Shown here: positions 53,591 through 63,068 of the stretch, one piece after another
Layout of the letters: the number at the start of each line of letters is the position of its first letter
How positions within the stretch are numbered: the stretch's first letter is position 1
Virus record (IMG/VR): IMGVR_UViG_3300003465_000003
Span: 35,794 to 99,793 of that record
DNA: 64,000 nt
Origin: a virus
Strand: one strand, 5' to 3'
Translations under genes and position numbers: made by a program
Notes under the pieces: generated by a model
Told to the model about the DNA's origin: nothing
What the model saw: only the letters and a program-made list of their open reading frames with translations
Database searches by the model: none

Positions 53591-55042
53591 ATGCCCCAAG
53601 CTGAAATAATAGTAGCCCTGCCAGATGGCACGCCATATACCCTTTATAAGCCGTGGCCCAAGCAGTTAGAATTCCACGAGAACAATACACCCAACTTACT
53701 AGCTTACGGCAACCGGGGTGGTGGTAAGAGTCTTATGTTGCGCATGGACGCGCATATGCGGGCTATGTCGGTGCCCGGGATCAACCTGATCCTCGTTAGG
53801 CGTACGTACCCTGAATTATTGCGCTCTCACCTAATCCACATCAAACGCGAGATGAAACTGCTAGGTGGGGATTACCACGCCACAGACCACATTGCCAGCT
53901 ACCCTAATGGTTCCAAACTATTCTTCTCCCACGTGGCGAATGAAGCAGACGCGCTGAACCTGCTGTCAGCAGAATTCCTTGCAGCTTACTTCGACGAGTT
54001 ATCCACAATCCCGTGGGACTTCTTTGTAAAGCTTTGCGCCTCTGTCCGCGTGACCAAGGGCCGTGAGAACGAGGGATTAATCGCCTCTGTCAGAGCAGCT
54101 ACCAACCCTCTTGGGCCATCTGCCGGAGAAATCTTCAGTTACTTCGTCAATAAAGACGTGGACCCGGAAGAGGACCCGGATTATACCCCAAGTGATTGGG
54201 ATGCTATCAAGATCCAGATGACTGATAACCCCGCGCTGGATATTGAGCAGTATAAGAAGAAATTCGCTGGCATGCCTGATTATTTGAAGAAGGCATGGTT
54301 GGAAGGTGAATTCGCATTAGAAAACCAGCTATTCAACTTCAAACCTAAGAAGGACGGTAACGAGTATCACGTTATTTCATCCCTGCCGATGATTGGCAAC
54401 CGATGCATGCTGGAAGGTGGATTTGGAGAACCTTGGCGTCAGCACGAATCTGTGCAGATTTATCGTGGCTTTGACCTTGGTTTCAGCCCCGACCCGGCAT
54501 ATTGCGTATGGGTGGCACACATTGGGAACCGTTATATAGCGTTCAAAGAGAAGTATTGGTATGAGACAGTAGCTTCAGACATTGCTAAAGACATTATAGA
54601 AGAGTCTAATGGCATGCGCGTTTCCGCTACGTATTGTGACCCAGTTATGGATATAAAGACTGCAGCAGACGTACGCACAATCAAGGACATCTTCGAGGAC
54701 AACGGTGTTCCAATGGACAGCAGCGTTAACAACAGAGAGCATTATGCGCACGCCGTCCATACAGCGTTAGCAGAAGAGGCAGCAGAAGGTGTCCCGCGTC
54801 TACAAATCTTGCAGAAGTGCGGGCCAGAGCTTGGGTGCCCCTACTTAATAAAAACGATCCCGCAACAGCGTTACGATCCAAAACACCCATTACGTATGGC
54901 CGACAATAAAAACGACCATGGCGTAATCGCTCTTGCATATTTCTTAATAAGTTCTGGTGCTATGGAGCATCGTGGCCCAGCAACACAGCGCTTGCCAAAA
55001 TGGATGCGCCCAAAACCGGTAAAGAATAGTTTTGATTTCTAA
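53591..55042 (+). CDS. terL: Terminase large subunit
   Basis: PWPKQLEFH, YGNRGGGKS, AYFDELST, ATNPLG, DNPAL, WLEGEF, GFDLGFSPDP, NDHGVIALAY. Confidence 0.92.
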   Translation: MPQAEIIVALPDGTPYTLYKPWPKQLEFHENNTPNLLAYGNRGGGKSLMLRMDAHMRAMSVPGINLILVRRTYPELLRSHLIHIKREMKLLGGDYHATDHIASYPNGSKLFFSHVANEADALNLLSAEFLAAYFDELSTIPWDFFVKLCASVRVTKGRENEGLIASVRAATNPLGPSAGEIFSYFVNKDVDPEEDPDYTPSDWDAIKIQMTDNPALDIEQYKKKFAGMPDYLKKAWLEGEFALENQLFNFKPKKDGNEYHVISSLPMIGNRCMLEGGFGEPWRQHESVQIYRGFDLGFSPDPAYCVWVAHIGNRYIAFKEKYWYETVASDIAKDIIEESNGMRVSATYCDPVMDIKTAADVRTIKDIFEDNGVPMDSSVNNREHYAHAVHTALAEEAAEGVPRLQILQKCGPELGCPYLIKTIPQQRYDPKHPLRMADNKNDHGVIALAYFLISSGAMEHRGPATQRLPKWMRPKPVKNSFDF

Positions 55043-55047
55043 GGTAA

Positions 55048-57093
55048 ATGATAATGCATGAAACAGGATTAGAGCCTACACCCATGGTTGCAGAACTTGA
55101 GGGGAACGAAGAGGCAACCACAGGTCCCAAGACGAAAAAGCGTTGGGCGGAATTCAGGCAGCAATTAGACGTTTGCAAGAACTATCGCAAAAAGTTAGTT
55201 CGTAACTGGTCTACCAATATTGATTACCGCAGAGGGAAAACCTTCGCTTCGCAGTCAGATGACGATACTATTTCAGTCAATATGGACTGGAGTCTGACTA
55301 AGACCAAACAGGCAGCGTTATTCTCACAGGTCCCCCACGTGGCGGTATCGCATCCGCCGGAGTCTGTAGCTGCCGGAGAATGGTTAAGCAAGTTCACGCG
55401 CAAGCTGAATGATATGCTTGTTAAGGGTGGTATAGAAGCGGCCATGGACGAGATTATGCCTGACTGCATAAATGCGGCAGGCGTAGGTGTTGTGCTCATA
55501 AGCTATGAAGCCCTAACTGAGGATAAGGAAGTCCCGGCTATCGACATTTCCATTCTGCCCCCGCAATTGCAGGCAGAAGTGATGAAGACAGGCATGATCT
55601 TTGGCAAGCCAATGCCGATGAAGACTGTGCCACATCCGGTCAGTAAGCGTTACACTATCCGCCGTATATCTCCATCAGATTTCTTATGGCCTGTAGATTT
55701 TACAGGCTCAGACTTCGATAATGCCCCATGGCTCGGTTACACGGGCCGTATAACATGGGCGGAAGCAGTTAGGCGTTTTAATCTCCCAGAAGAGGAGAAG
55801 CACCTATATCTGAGCGATGAGACAACTGTAGAAGACCGTTTGTCTCACGACTGGGACCGGGAAAGGGCAGCTTATGACAATAGGCTTGGCTACGACGAAC
55901 TTTTCTACTGGGAGCATCAGTACGACTCTGAAGCAAAGTCCTATGACGCGCTTCATCACTTGGTATTTATCCATGGCAAAACAGAACCTGTAATTGACGA
56001 ACCATGGAAGGGTCAACTTATTGAAGAGTCAGGCAAAGTTATTGGCGCTTTGAAGAGTCCTGTCAGAGTACTAACACTAGACTATATTAGTGACGAGAAT
56101 ATTCCACCATCCGCTAGCGCTATCGGTAGGTCACAGGTCAACGAACTGAATAAGGGTCGCACGCAGATTATCCGTCAGCGCGAAAGAAATATTCCGTATG
56201 ACTGGTATGATGTCAATAGGCTGGACCCAACAATTCAGCAGGCCATCATGCGTGGGACTTGGCTGCATGCTATTCCGGTACAGGGGGATGGGTCTCGTGT
56301 AATCGGGCAAGTACAGAAGTCAAACATCTCACAAGAGAATTTCACATTCAATGAGATCGCTAAACAGGATCTGCACGAGATGTGGACTACTGGGCCTAAC
56401 CAGGTTGGAGTCGGCGGTGATGTTGAGACCAAAGGTGAAGCTAGCATCATCGAGACAAACTTCACTGCTAAGATCGGACGCGAGCGAGCAAAGGTTGCGT
56501 CGTTCGTCGTTGGCATAGCACAGGTTGTAGGCGGATTATTGTGTCTTTACGAAGACCCGGCAGAGTTTGGTGAAGGCTTCGATCCAGAGTTCTCGCAGAA
56601 TCTTAGTTACAGCATATTGGCGGATTCTACCGTTCTGGTCGACGCTAATCAGCGCCTGCGTAGACTTAACGATTACTTGAACAAATACGCTAAGTCTGGT
56701 TATGTAAATATTGAACCAGTACTGCGTGAGATCACTATGTTGATAGGGCTTGATCCAGACGCAGTAGTCGCTGCACCCAAACCGCAGCCACCAGAGCAAC
56801 CAAATATTAGTCTACGGCTAACTAGCGAGAAGGACATGATGAACCCGCTGATGCTGGCGTTCTTGATTAAGTCTGGTCAGGCACCAGATCCTAAGTTGAT
56901 CGAACAGGCTAAGACGCTTATTCAGCAATCAGTGGTAGAACCGATTCCGCCCGACGCAGCACAAGGCGCGGTAGGGCCAATGCCACCCACCCCGCCTATA
57001 AAGACGGGAGAGGATAACCCGCAGGCAACAGTATTGCCGTCAATTGCTAAACGAAGCGATGCGCCAGAGGAGCCAGGCAGTGAAATGCAGTAA
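55048..57093 (+). CDS. Portal protein
   Basis: 681 aa directly after TerL; RISPSDFLWP; Pro/Gln-rich C-terminus. Confidence 0.75.
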   Translation: MIMHETGLEPTPMVAELEGNEEATTGPKTKKRWAEFRQQLDVCKNYRKKLVRNWSTNIDYRRGKTFASQSDDDTISVNMDWSLTKTKQAALFSQVPHVAVSHPPESVAAGEWLSKFTRKLNDMLVKGGIEAAMDEIMPDCINAAGVGVVLISYEALTEDKEVPAIDISILPPQLQAEVMKTGMIFGKPMPMKTVPHPVSKRYTIRRISPSDFLWPVDFTGSDFDNAPWLGYTGRITWAEAVRRFNLPEEEKHLYLSDETTVEDRLSHDWDRERAAYDNRLGYDELFYWEHQYDSEAKSYDALHHLVFIHGKTEPVIDEPWKGQLIEESGKVIGALKSPVRVLTLDYISDENIPPSASAIGRSQVNELNKGRTQIIRQRERNIPYDWYDVNRLDPTIQQAIMRGTWLHAIPVQGDGSRVIGQVQKSNISQENFTFNEIAKQDLHEMWTTGPNQVGVGGDVETKGEASIIETNFTAKIGRERAKVASFVVGIAQVVGGLLCLYEDPAEFGEGFDPEFSQNLSYSILADSTVLVDANQRLRRLNDYLNKYAKSGYVNIEPVLREITMLIGLDPDAVVAAPKPQPPEQPNISLRLTSEKDMMNPLMLAFLIKSGQAPDPKLIEQAKTLIQQSVVEPIPPDAAQGAVGPMPPTPPIKTGEDNPQATVLPSIAKRSDAPEEPGSEMQ

Positions 57094-57172
57094 TTGTGAT
57101 AAAGAGTCAAGCTTACAGCGGAGATACCTTGTTGATATTCCGGTGATAATCACAATGTTCGCAAGTGCATGA
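57080..57172 (+). pseudogene. Orphaned original 5' end (MKCSNCDKE...) of the 57642-57920 gene
   Basis: GAGGAG RBS plus GTG overlapping the portal end; CSNCDKE aligns with CSKCQQK beyond the HNH. Confidence 0.55.
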
Positions 57173-57640
57173 ACGCCGATTGTTAGCTTGTTCCAACGGT
57201 GTTGCCCATCTGCAATTAGTTTTAGTGTAATGACCATTCACGTCTATTCTGTCAAGAGTTGTCCCAGCGGGGCGTTCTCCCATGTCGGTTAAAAAGTTGT
57301 CAAAACTTTCCCATTCCGCGCAGTAGGTTATTCCACGGTCGTTCCATCCTCTCTTATTTTTACAGCGGTGCTTCATAGCAATCCATGACCGATAAGTAGG
57401 TGTTCCATAACGACCGTGTTTAGTTAACGTCTTATTTCTTTTACGCAACGTTTCTTTCAGAAGGCAACCACAACTTTTGATTAATCCCTTTCGCAGATGT
57501 GTTCCAGATACAATTTTCATCTTGCCGCAAGAGCATTGGCATTCCCACATAACTTTTCTGCCTTGGCGCTTCGGCGAGGCGTTCAAAACGGTTAATTTTC
57601 CGAAGGTTTGACCTTGAATATTTTTGGTGTTTGAGTGCAT
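57113..57640 (-). mobile_element. Free-standing HNH endonuclease, antisense within the structural operon
   Basis: [35 protein letters not shown]...[10 protein letters not shown]...NCRWAT; promoter TTGACA(57677)-17 nt-TATTAT, then ATG 57640. Confidence 0.9.
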
Positions 57641-57641
57641 A

Positions 57642-57920
57642 ATGGAAGATAATAGCATAGTTTGCTCAAAATGTCAACAGAAAATTTTCATTTCTAGCTG
57701 GCCCTTCTGTCCGCACGGTAAGGGCAGTAACAACGTCATCGCGGATGAGATACCCGGCGGCGTATGGATACGGCATGGCATCTGCAACGAAGACGGAACC
57801 CCACGCAAGTATTACTCTAAGTCAGAGATGGCTAAGGAGGCAGCAAAGCGGGGATTGATTAACAATGCTAGTGGCAAAGCAGATGCCAAGCCCAATGTCA
57901 AAAGGGCCTATTCCACGTAA
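57642..57920 (+). CDS. Small Zn-ribbon-like protein
   Basis: CSKC...WPFCPHG...DEIPGG; lies between portal and scaffold. Confidence 0.6.
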   Translation: MEDNSIVCSKCQQKIFISSWPFCPHGKGSNNVIADEIPGGVWIRHGICNEDGTPRKYYSKSEMAKEAAKRGLINNASGKADAKPNVKRAYST

Positions 57921-58259
57921 ATGAATAAAGAGGATCTGATTAGAGAAGTAAGTGCATTATTACAAATCAGATTGCATCGACAGTTATACCAGTCTAAAGG
58001 TTCTAAAATTATAGATGCAATATTTGATGTAATCGCGGAGGCCCTACAGCGGGAGGAAAAGGTAGTAATACCTGGGTTTGGAACATTCATGGTTACAGAG
58101 TATCCAGCTAGATGGCGCGGTAGTTATGTATTCAATGGACCGGCCAAGGGTCACGTAGACCATAGGCATTGCGCTGCGTATAAGCGCGTAGTATTTAGGC
58201 CCTGTGTAGGATTAAAGAAGTTCATTTCAGAAGGGGTAGAAGATGAGTCACGGTCATAA
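57921..58259 (+). CDS. HU/IHF-family DNA-bending protein
   Basis: MNKEDLI...IIDAIFDVIAEALQREEKVVIPGFGTF...VVFRP...LK. Confidence 0.88.
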   Translation: MNKEDLIREVSALLQIRLHRQLYQSKGSKIIDAIFDVIAEALQREEKVVIPGFGTFMVTEYPARWRGSYVFNGPAKGHVDHRHCAAYKRVVFRPCVGLKKFISEGVEDESRS

Positions 58260-58916
58260 GCATAAGTGTCAGTGTGAGCATGAGAACCTGAAATATTGTA
58301 AGTCGTGCAGACACCCGTATTGTATGGATTGCGGGGAAGAGTGGGGGACTAACAGCTGGTATAAGTGGTATTATCAACCGTATTATACACAGACAGTGGG
58401 CGGTGTGCAACCAGCGACGACCGCTATCGGTACTACCCAGAACTGGCAAACACTTCTATCCAAGACTGAGGAAGATAAGGATGAGGGACACAAATGCAGA
58501 TAAACTCGCCAGAAATCTATAAGGAGTTAAAGGAATACGAGTTCGTTTTCAGCTCTGGCGTAAGCCTGCCCTTTATGATGGATGAGACTGCAGGGGATAC
58601 CTTGCAGGAAGAAGGGGAATACCTGGTAGTAAATCTTGTTGAGAAACCTAGTCGCACAAACCCGGATCTGAAGACCTCCCCGGAGCGTGTAAAGATTTAC
58701 AAGTCTCAGCTAGCTGCCGTGTACGAGAGGGTGCATAAGCTGCGGGAGCCGAGCCCCGAAGAGAAGTTCAACATGGTCAAGACCCTGCACAAAGCTACAG
58801 GAACCGTCAATTAAGCCCTAGGATGCCCTAGGAGCGCTTTTCTCGACGGGGTAAGGGTTAGGTATACCCCTTCCCCAGAAAACCTCTCAGAACGGCTCTA
58901 ATAGCTTTTAAAGACC

Positions 58917-59190
58917 ATTACAATTACAAGGGTAGCCCGCAGCTACGCGAGAGCGGAGGGTAGGACCACCCACCTAAAGGGTGGTCTACCCGTAGCGAGG
59001 TTGTAATTTTCTCTTAAGGGAACGTCCCAATGTAATTTTTTTATCCCCTTTAGAATCAGTGACTTACAGGAGGCAAAAAAGTGATGTAATTCGTGTAATT
59101 TTTTCTGTAAGATTCCTGTAAGTCCTTTGTTTTCAACGGAATGGCAGAAATCACATTTTTCGATGTAATTACATGTAATTTTTTCGTAAT
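58917..59190. repeat. TGTAATT repeat cluster B with an IHF-like site and nested inverted repeats
   Basis: Eight or more TGTAAT/ATTACA copies; AATCAGTGACTTA fits WATCAR-N4-TTR; GGGTAGGACCACCC/GGGTGGTCTACCC hairpin. Confidence 0.7.
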
Positions 59191-59240
59191 CCGCCCCCGG
59201 CGCGTTAGCCGACGGGCATCCCCCGTTAGAGGAGAAATCA

Positions 59241-60353
59241 GTGTCCTACAACAATTTAGAGGAAGTTATCACGGAAGCAGTAGAAGATTCACAGACCCCA
59301 GTCGAGTCAGTTGACGCGGAAGTGTCAGAATTGGCTGCGGCAGAGGAACCAGCAGTCGAGTCTGAACCTGCTGTGGAAGCAACTGAGGAACCAGTTCCCG
59401 ATGCCCAGCCAGAAGTCAAGGCTGAGGAACCTGCGCAGGACGACTTCGACAAGCGATTTGGTATCCAGCAGACATCCCCGCTGGGTCGTGAGAATCGTAT
59501 CCCTTACTCTCGTGTCAAGAAGATCACGGAGAAAGCAGTAAGCGAAGTTGCAGAAGCTGCGCTGGGTCGTAAGCTCAACCCAGGTGAAAAAGCTATAGAT
59601 GTAGTCAAGGCCCACGTAGCCCAGTTGCCAGAATTACAGTCTAGGGTAACAGACTACGAATCACGTTTGGAAAAGGTTGGCGAATTCGAACACGTTATGG
59701 CCAATCAGCCACAGAAGTTCTTACAGCTCCTGTCCCGACTCCCAGCTTATGAGGGCTTCTTCTCCGCTCTACGCGAGTTTTACGAGGCCAAGCAGAGTGG
59801 GGTTACACCAGCACAGGGCCAACCCGTGCAGCAGGGCCAAACCGATACGGACCCAATGCCGGAACCAGACCAGGAGTATCCTGATGGCGAGAAGGGCTAT
59901 AGCATGGAGGGTCTTAAGAACCTTCTAGCGTGGCAGGAACGACGTGTAGAGTCTCGCGTTAAACATCAGATCGAGGAACGTTACAAGCCGATTGAGAGCG
60001 CGTGGCAACAGGAGGAACGGTTGCGTGCTGTTGTCCCCGTAGTCCGCGCTAAGATCGAGGAAGCGCGCAGGTGGCCGCTCTTCAACGAGAGCGAAGAGGA
60101 AATCACGCAGGCCCTAGCGCAGGATCAGGGTCTGAGCTTGGAGGCCGCATACCAGAAAGTAGTCTATCCCAAGCTTGTTTCTGATCGTGAGCGTATGCGC
60201 AAGGAGTTACTAGATGAGATCAGTAAGGCCCCACGCGCGACGTCTGTAACTGCAACAAAAGTAACCACTAAGCCGGTTACTCCAACAGGTCCGCGTAGTC
60301 TGGACGACATCATTGCAGGAGAAGTAGAAAAGCTAAAACAGGGTCGAGTATAA
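59241..60353 (+). CDS. Probable head scaffolding protein
   Basis: Acidic low-complexity N-terminus, IPYSRVKKI motif, coiled coils; upstream of MCP. Confidence 0.7.
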   Translation: MSYNNLEEVITEAVEDSQTPVESVDAEVSELAAAEEPAVESEPAVEATEEPVPDAQPEVKAEEPAQDDFDKRFGIQQTSPLGRENRIPYSRVKKITEKAVSEVAEAALGRKLNPGEKAIDVVKAHVAQLPELQSRVTDYESRLEKVGEFEHVMANQPQKFLQLLSRLPAYEGFFSALREFYEAKQSGVTPAQGQPVQQGQTDTDPMPEPDQEYPDGEKGYSMEGLKNLLAWQERRVESRVKHQIEERYKPIESAWQQEERLRAVVPVVRAKIEEARRWPLFNESEEEITQALAQDQGLSLEAAYQKVVYPKLVSDRERMRKELLDEISKAPRATSVTATKVTTKPVTPTGPRSLDDIIAGEVEKLKQGRV

Positions 60354-60361
60354 CTTTTCTC

Positions 60362-60390
60362 TTGACAAAAATAAGAAAGTATGCTACAGT
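60362..60390 (+). promoter_or_regulatory. Sigma70 promoter for the tRNA-like/MCP transcript
   Basis: TTGACA-17 nt-TACAGT with TG extension. Confidence 0.75.
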
Positions 60391-60499
60391 TATAACATAA
60401 CTAAGCACACCTCCGGGCGTTCATACCCTACTCCTTCCAAACGGGTTCCCGAACGCCCATTTTCGCTGGTTACGCGTTGTAACTGTGTGTTTGTCTTAT

Positions 60500-60548
60500 A
60501 GGGAGCCGTTCGGCGGTGCAGCAGGTTCGAATCCTGCGCTCCCTGCCA
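60500..60548 (+). ncRNA. Minimal tRNA-like element (acceptor plus T arm, 49 nt)
   Basis: AGGGAGC/GCTCCCT-G-CCA, perfect GCAGG-TTCGAAT-CCTGC T arm, only 14 nt in place of the D and anticodon arms. Confidence 0.7.
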
Positions 60549-60553
60549 ATTTT

Positions 60554-60629
60554 GCCGAGGTAGCTCAGTGCTAGAGCGCGTGGTTTTATGCCGCGAGGTC
60601 GGGCGGTTCGATTCCCTCTCTCGGCTCCA
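60554..60629 (+). tRNA. Atypical tRNA with UUUUAUG anticodon loop (nominal UUA)
   Basis: Full cloverleaf GCCGAGG/TCTCGGC, GCTC/GAGC, CGTGG/CCGCG, TCCA end; D-loop lacks GG and T stem is bulged. Confidence 0.65.
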
Positions 60630-60733
60630 TCCCATCAGAACTACGGGTTAGCAGTTCTATTTCGAGTGCTACAGCGTTAGTGAGCAGTTACTAGTTTAAC
60701 TCAATCTAACTCTAATTCGGAAAGGAACTCCCC

Positions 60734-61678
60734 GTGGCATTAACAATCGAACAGATTGCTGCCGTTTCCTATCCCGCAGTCTTGGCTGAAATGCGAAAGC
60801 CAGCCAACCAGTGGGTAGAGAACGCAGCGCTTCGAGTTCTAGAGAAGGGCGGCTTTATTGAGCGCAAGTCTCTAGGTGAAAACATCGAAGTACCTCTTGA
60901 TTACCGGGCAAACCCGGATACAGCAATTCTGGCAGCCGACCAGGACACAGCCAGCTTGCTGAAGACAGAAGTCATCACGTCAGCCGTATACGACATCGCG
61001 CAGCTCAACGTTCCAGTAACCTGGACCAAGGGCGACGATGCCAAGAACCCAAGCGAGACTCAGAAGATTGCCCTTGTAAAGGCACTTTTGGAGAACGCAA
61101 TCAACTCACATGACGACCTGATTGAGCAGCGGATTTTCACATCCAGCACAGTCGGTGGTGTAGAGTTGCTGGGCTTGAACGACCTTGTTCCAACATCTGG
61201 ACAGGGCACGGTTGGCGGAATCGACTCAGCCGTAGAGACATTCTGGCGTAACAAGGCAGATACTTACACCGACGGCTCTGACATCGAGGCAGCAATGACT
61301 GACCTCTATAATCAGTGCGCTAAGGGTTCTGGTTCGGCCTTGCTACCAAAGGTTCTAATCAGCGGTTCAACTCCACACGCATTGTATGAGTCAACACTTC
61401 AGGCTCTGCAGCGCTATTCTGGTTCTTCAGAAGCAGATGGCGGCTTCAAGACATTGAAGTTCAAGGGCTCAGACTATGTGTTCAGTCAGTTTGGCGGCGA
61501 TAAGATTTACTTCTTGAATCCCAAGAACTACAAGCTTATCGTATCCCAGCAGTACTTCCGTGATAAGGGCTCCACGTTCGACGTACCAGGTCAGAACGCT
61601 TTCTACTTTTTAATCTATTCTGCTTTACAGTTCGTGGTTAATAACAAATCACGACTTGGTGTGCTGAATATAGCATAA
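60734..61678 (+). CDS. Major capsid protein
   Basis: 314 aa after the scaffold; ELLGLNDLV, GTVGGID....FWRN, GFKTLKFKG, IYFLN patterns. Confidence 0.85.
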   Translation: MALTIEQIAAVSYPAVLAEMRKPANQWVENAALRVLEKGGFIERKSLGENIEVPLDYRANPDTAILAADQDTASLLKTEVITSAVYDIAQLNVPVTWTKGDDAKNPSETQKIALVKALLENAINSHDDLIEQRIFTSSTVGGVELLGLNDLVPTSGQGTVGGIDSAVETFWRNKADTYTDGSDIEAAMTDLYNQCAKGSGSALLPKVLISGSTPHALYESTLQALQRYSGSSEADGGFKTLKFKGSDYVFSQFGGDKIYFLNPKNYKLIVSQQYFRDKGSTFDVPGQNAFYFLIYSALQFVVNNKSRLGVLNIA

Positions 61679-61703
61679 AGTAGTTAGTCACGCAACTTTC
61701 TAC

Positions 61704-61732
61704 TTGACAAAATAGTGAGGTTGTGATAGCAT
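61704..61732 (+). promoter_or_regulatory. Sigma70 promoter of the HNH gene
   Basis: TTGACA-17 nt-TAGCAT with TG extension. Confidence 0.7.
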
Positions 61733-61741
61733 GACCTCATT

Positions 61742-62230
61742 ATGAAAACTTGTTCTAAGTGCGGATTAGACAAAGAGCCATCTGACTTTTATAAGGGGAT
61801 GGCTAAATGTAAGGAATGTCATAAGCGTGTTACCAGAGATTGGCAATTACGTAGCAAAGAAAAGGTTGCGGAAATTGCTAGGAATTGGTACCACAGGACA
61901 CCTGAGAATAGACAGTATTCTATAGACAAGGCTAGAAACTGGCAACGTAACAACTCGGATAATGATAAAGACCGTAAGTTTCGTTATAATATGCAACGGC
62001 TTTACGGATTATCTTATGAGCGTTATCGTGAGATGGCCGAGTTCCAAAACGGAGTCTGCGCTATTTGCGGATTGCCACCTTACCGGAATCTTGACATAGA
62101 CCACTGTCATTCGACTGGAAAGATACGCGGGTTGTTATGCGCGCCTTGCAATACTGTGTTGGGACTTCTAAAAGAAAACCCAACAACAGCGGAGAAGGTG
62201 GCGGAATACTTGCGTAAACATAATGCGTAG
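61742..62230 (+). mobile_element. Endonuclease VII-family homing endonuclease
   Basis: MKTCSKC...CKEC, QNGVCAIC, IDHCHSTGKIRGLLCAPCN..LG. Confidence 0.9.
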
Positions 62231-62302
62231 CAGGCGGCAGGTTGGATCTTTGGAGTCTCATAAGCTCCATTAATTGAGTTCGATTCTCAAGCGTTGCTAC
62301 CA
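62229..62302 (+). tRNA. Degenerate tRNA(CAT)-like element
   Basis: TGGAGT-CTCATAA-GCTCCA anticodon arm, TTGAG-TTCGATT-CTCAA T arm, ACCA end; poor D arm; overlaps the HNH stop codon. Confidence 0.6.
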
Positions 62303-62409
62303 TATTAGTAAATAAAGTAAGTTAACCTCCGAACGCCGCAGAATGCGGCACGGGCTTAAGCGCTACACCCCACTAATGTGGGTGCGGCAAGCGAGGAGTT
62401 CTAGAAATC

Positions 62410-62877
62410 ATGGCAAGTACACCAGCCGCTCCATGGAGCGATGTTCACACAAGCAAGCGATACCGCCTAGGCACAATCAAGGAAGATGTCAAGGGCAACA
62501 AGTATATGTATGTTCAGGGCGTAGCTTCTGGCGCGCAGTACGCTTGGGTAACTATTGATGAGGACCACGTTACGTCCCTAGCAACAGCAGACGCTCAGGG
62601 CCGAGTCGGTATTCTTCAGGCTGCTCTAGATGCTACAACCGACTTTGGTTGGATGGCCATCTATGGCAACCATTATGGTAAGGCCCTATCTGGCTTCGTA
62701 GACAATGGCAAGGTCTATTTGACTTCTACAGGAGGGTCTATTGATGACTCCGACGTAGCAGGAGACTTTGTTGTTGGTGCGATTGGCCGTTCAGCACTGG
62801 ACGCAACCGGTAACCCATCGGGTACCGCTGAGTTCGAGCTAAACTTCCCAATCGTTCAGGATACGGCATTCGACTAA
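62410..62877 (+). CDS. Probable head decoration/cement protein
   Basis: Small Ala/Gly/Thr-rich beta protein after MCP (KYMYVQ, FGWMAIYG). Confidence 0.6.
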   Translation: MASTPAAPWSDVHTSKRYRLGTIKEDVKGNKYMYVQGVASGAQYAWVTIDEDHVTSLATADAQGRVGILQAALDATTDFGWMAIYGNHYGKALSGFVDNGKVYLTSTGGSIDDSDVAGDFVVGAIGRSALDATGNPSGTAEFELNFPIVQDTAFD

Positions 62878-62934
62878 TCGTTAGCTCATGGTTAGGGTCC
62901 AGCTTCTGGTTGGACCCTACCAGTTTCTCTACGA

Positions 62935-63009
62935 GCGATTTTGGTGTAGTTGGTAGCAGCGGGCCTTCCAAGCCTTGCGGGGCGAGTTCGAGACTCGTAG
63001 ATCGCTCCA
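62935..63009 (+). tRNA. tRNA-Gly(TCC)
   Basis: GCGATTT/AGATCGC acceptor, CTTCCAA loop, GCGAG-TTCGAGA-CTCGT, U73-CCA. Confidence 0.82.
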
Positions 63010-63068
63010 TCTTTTACACATTGTATTCCTGTTAGGGCTTGCCCCTTTAGGATCTGGAGTAATTAACA

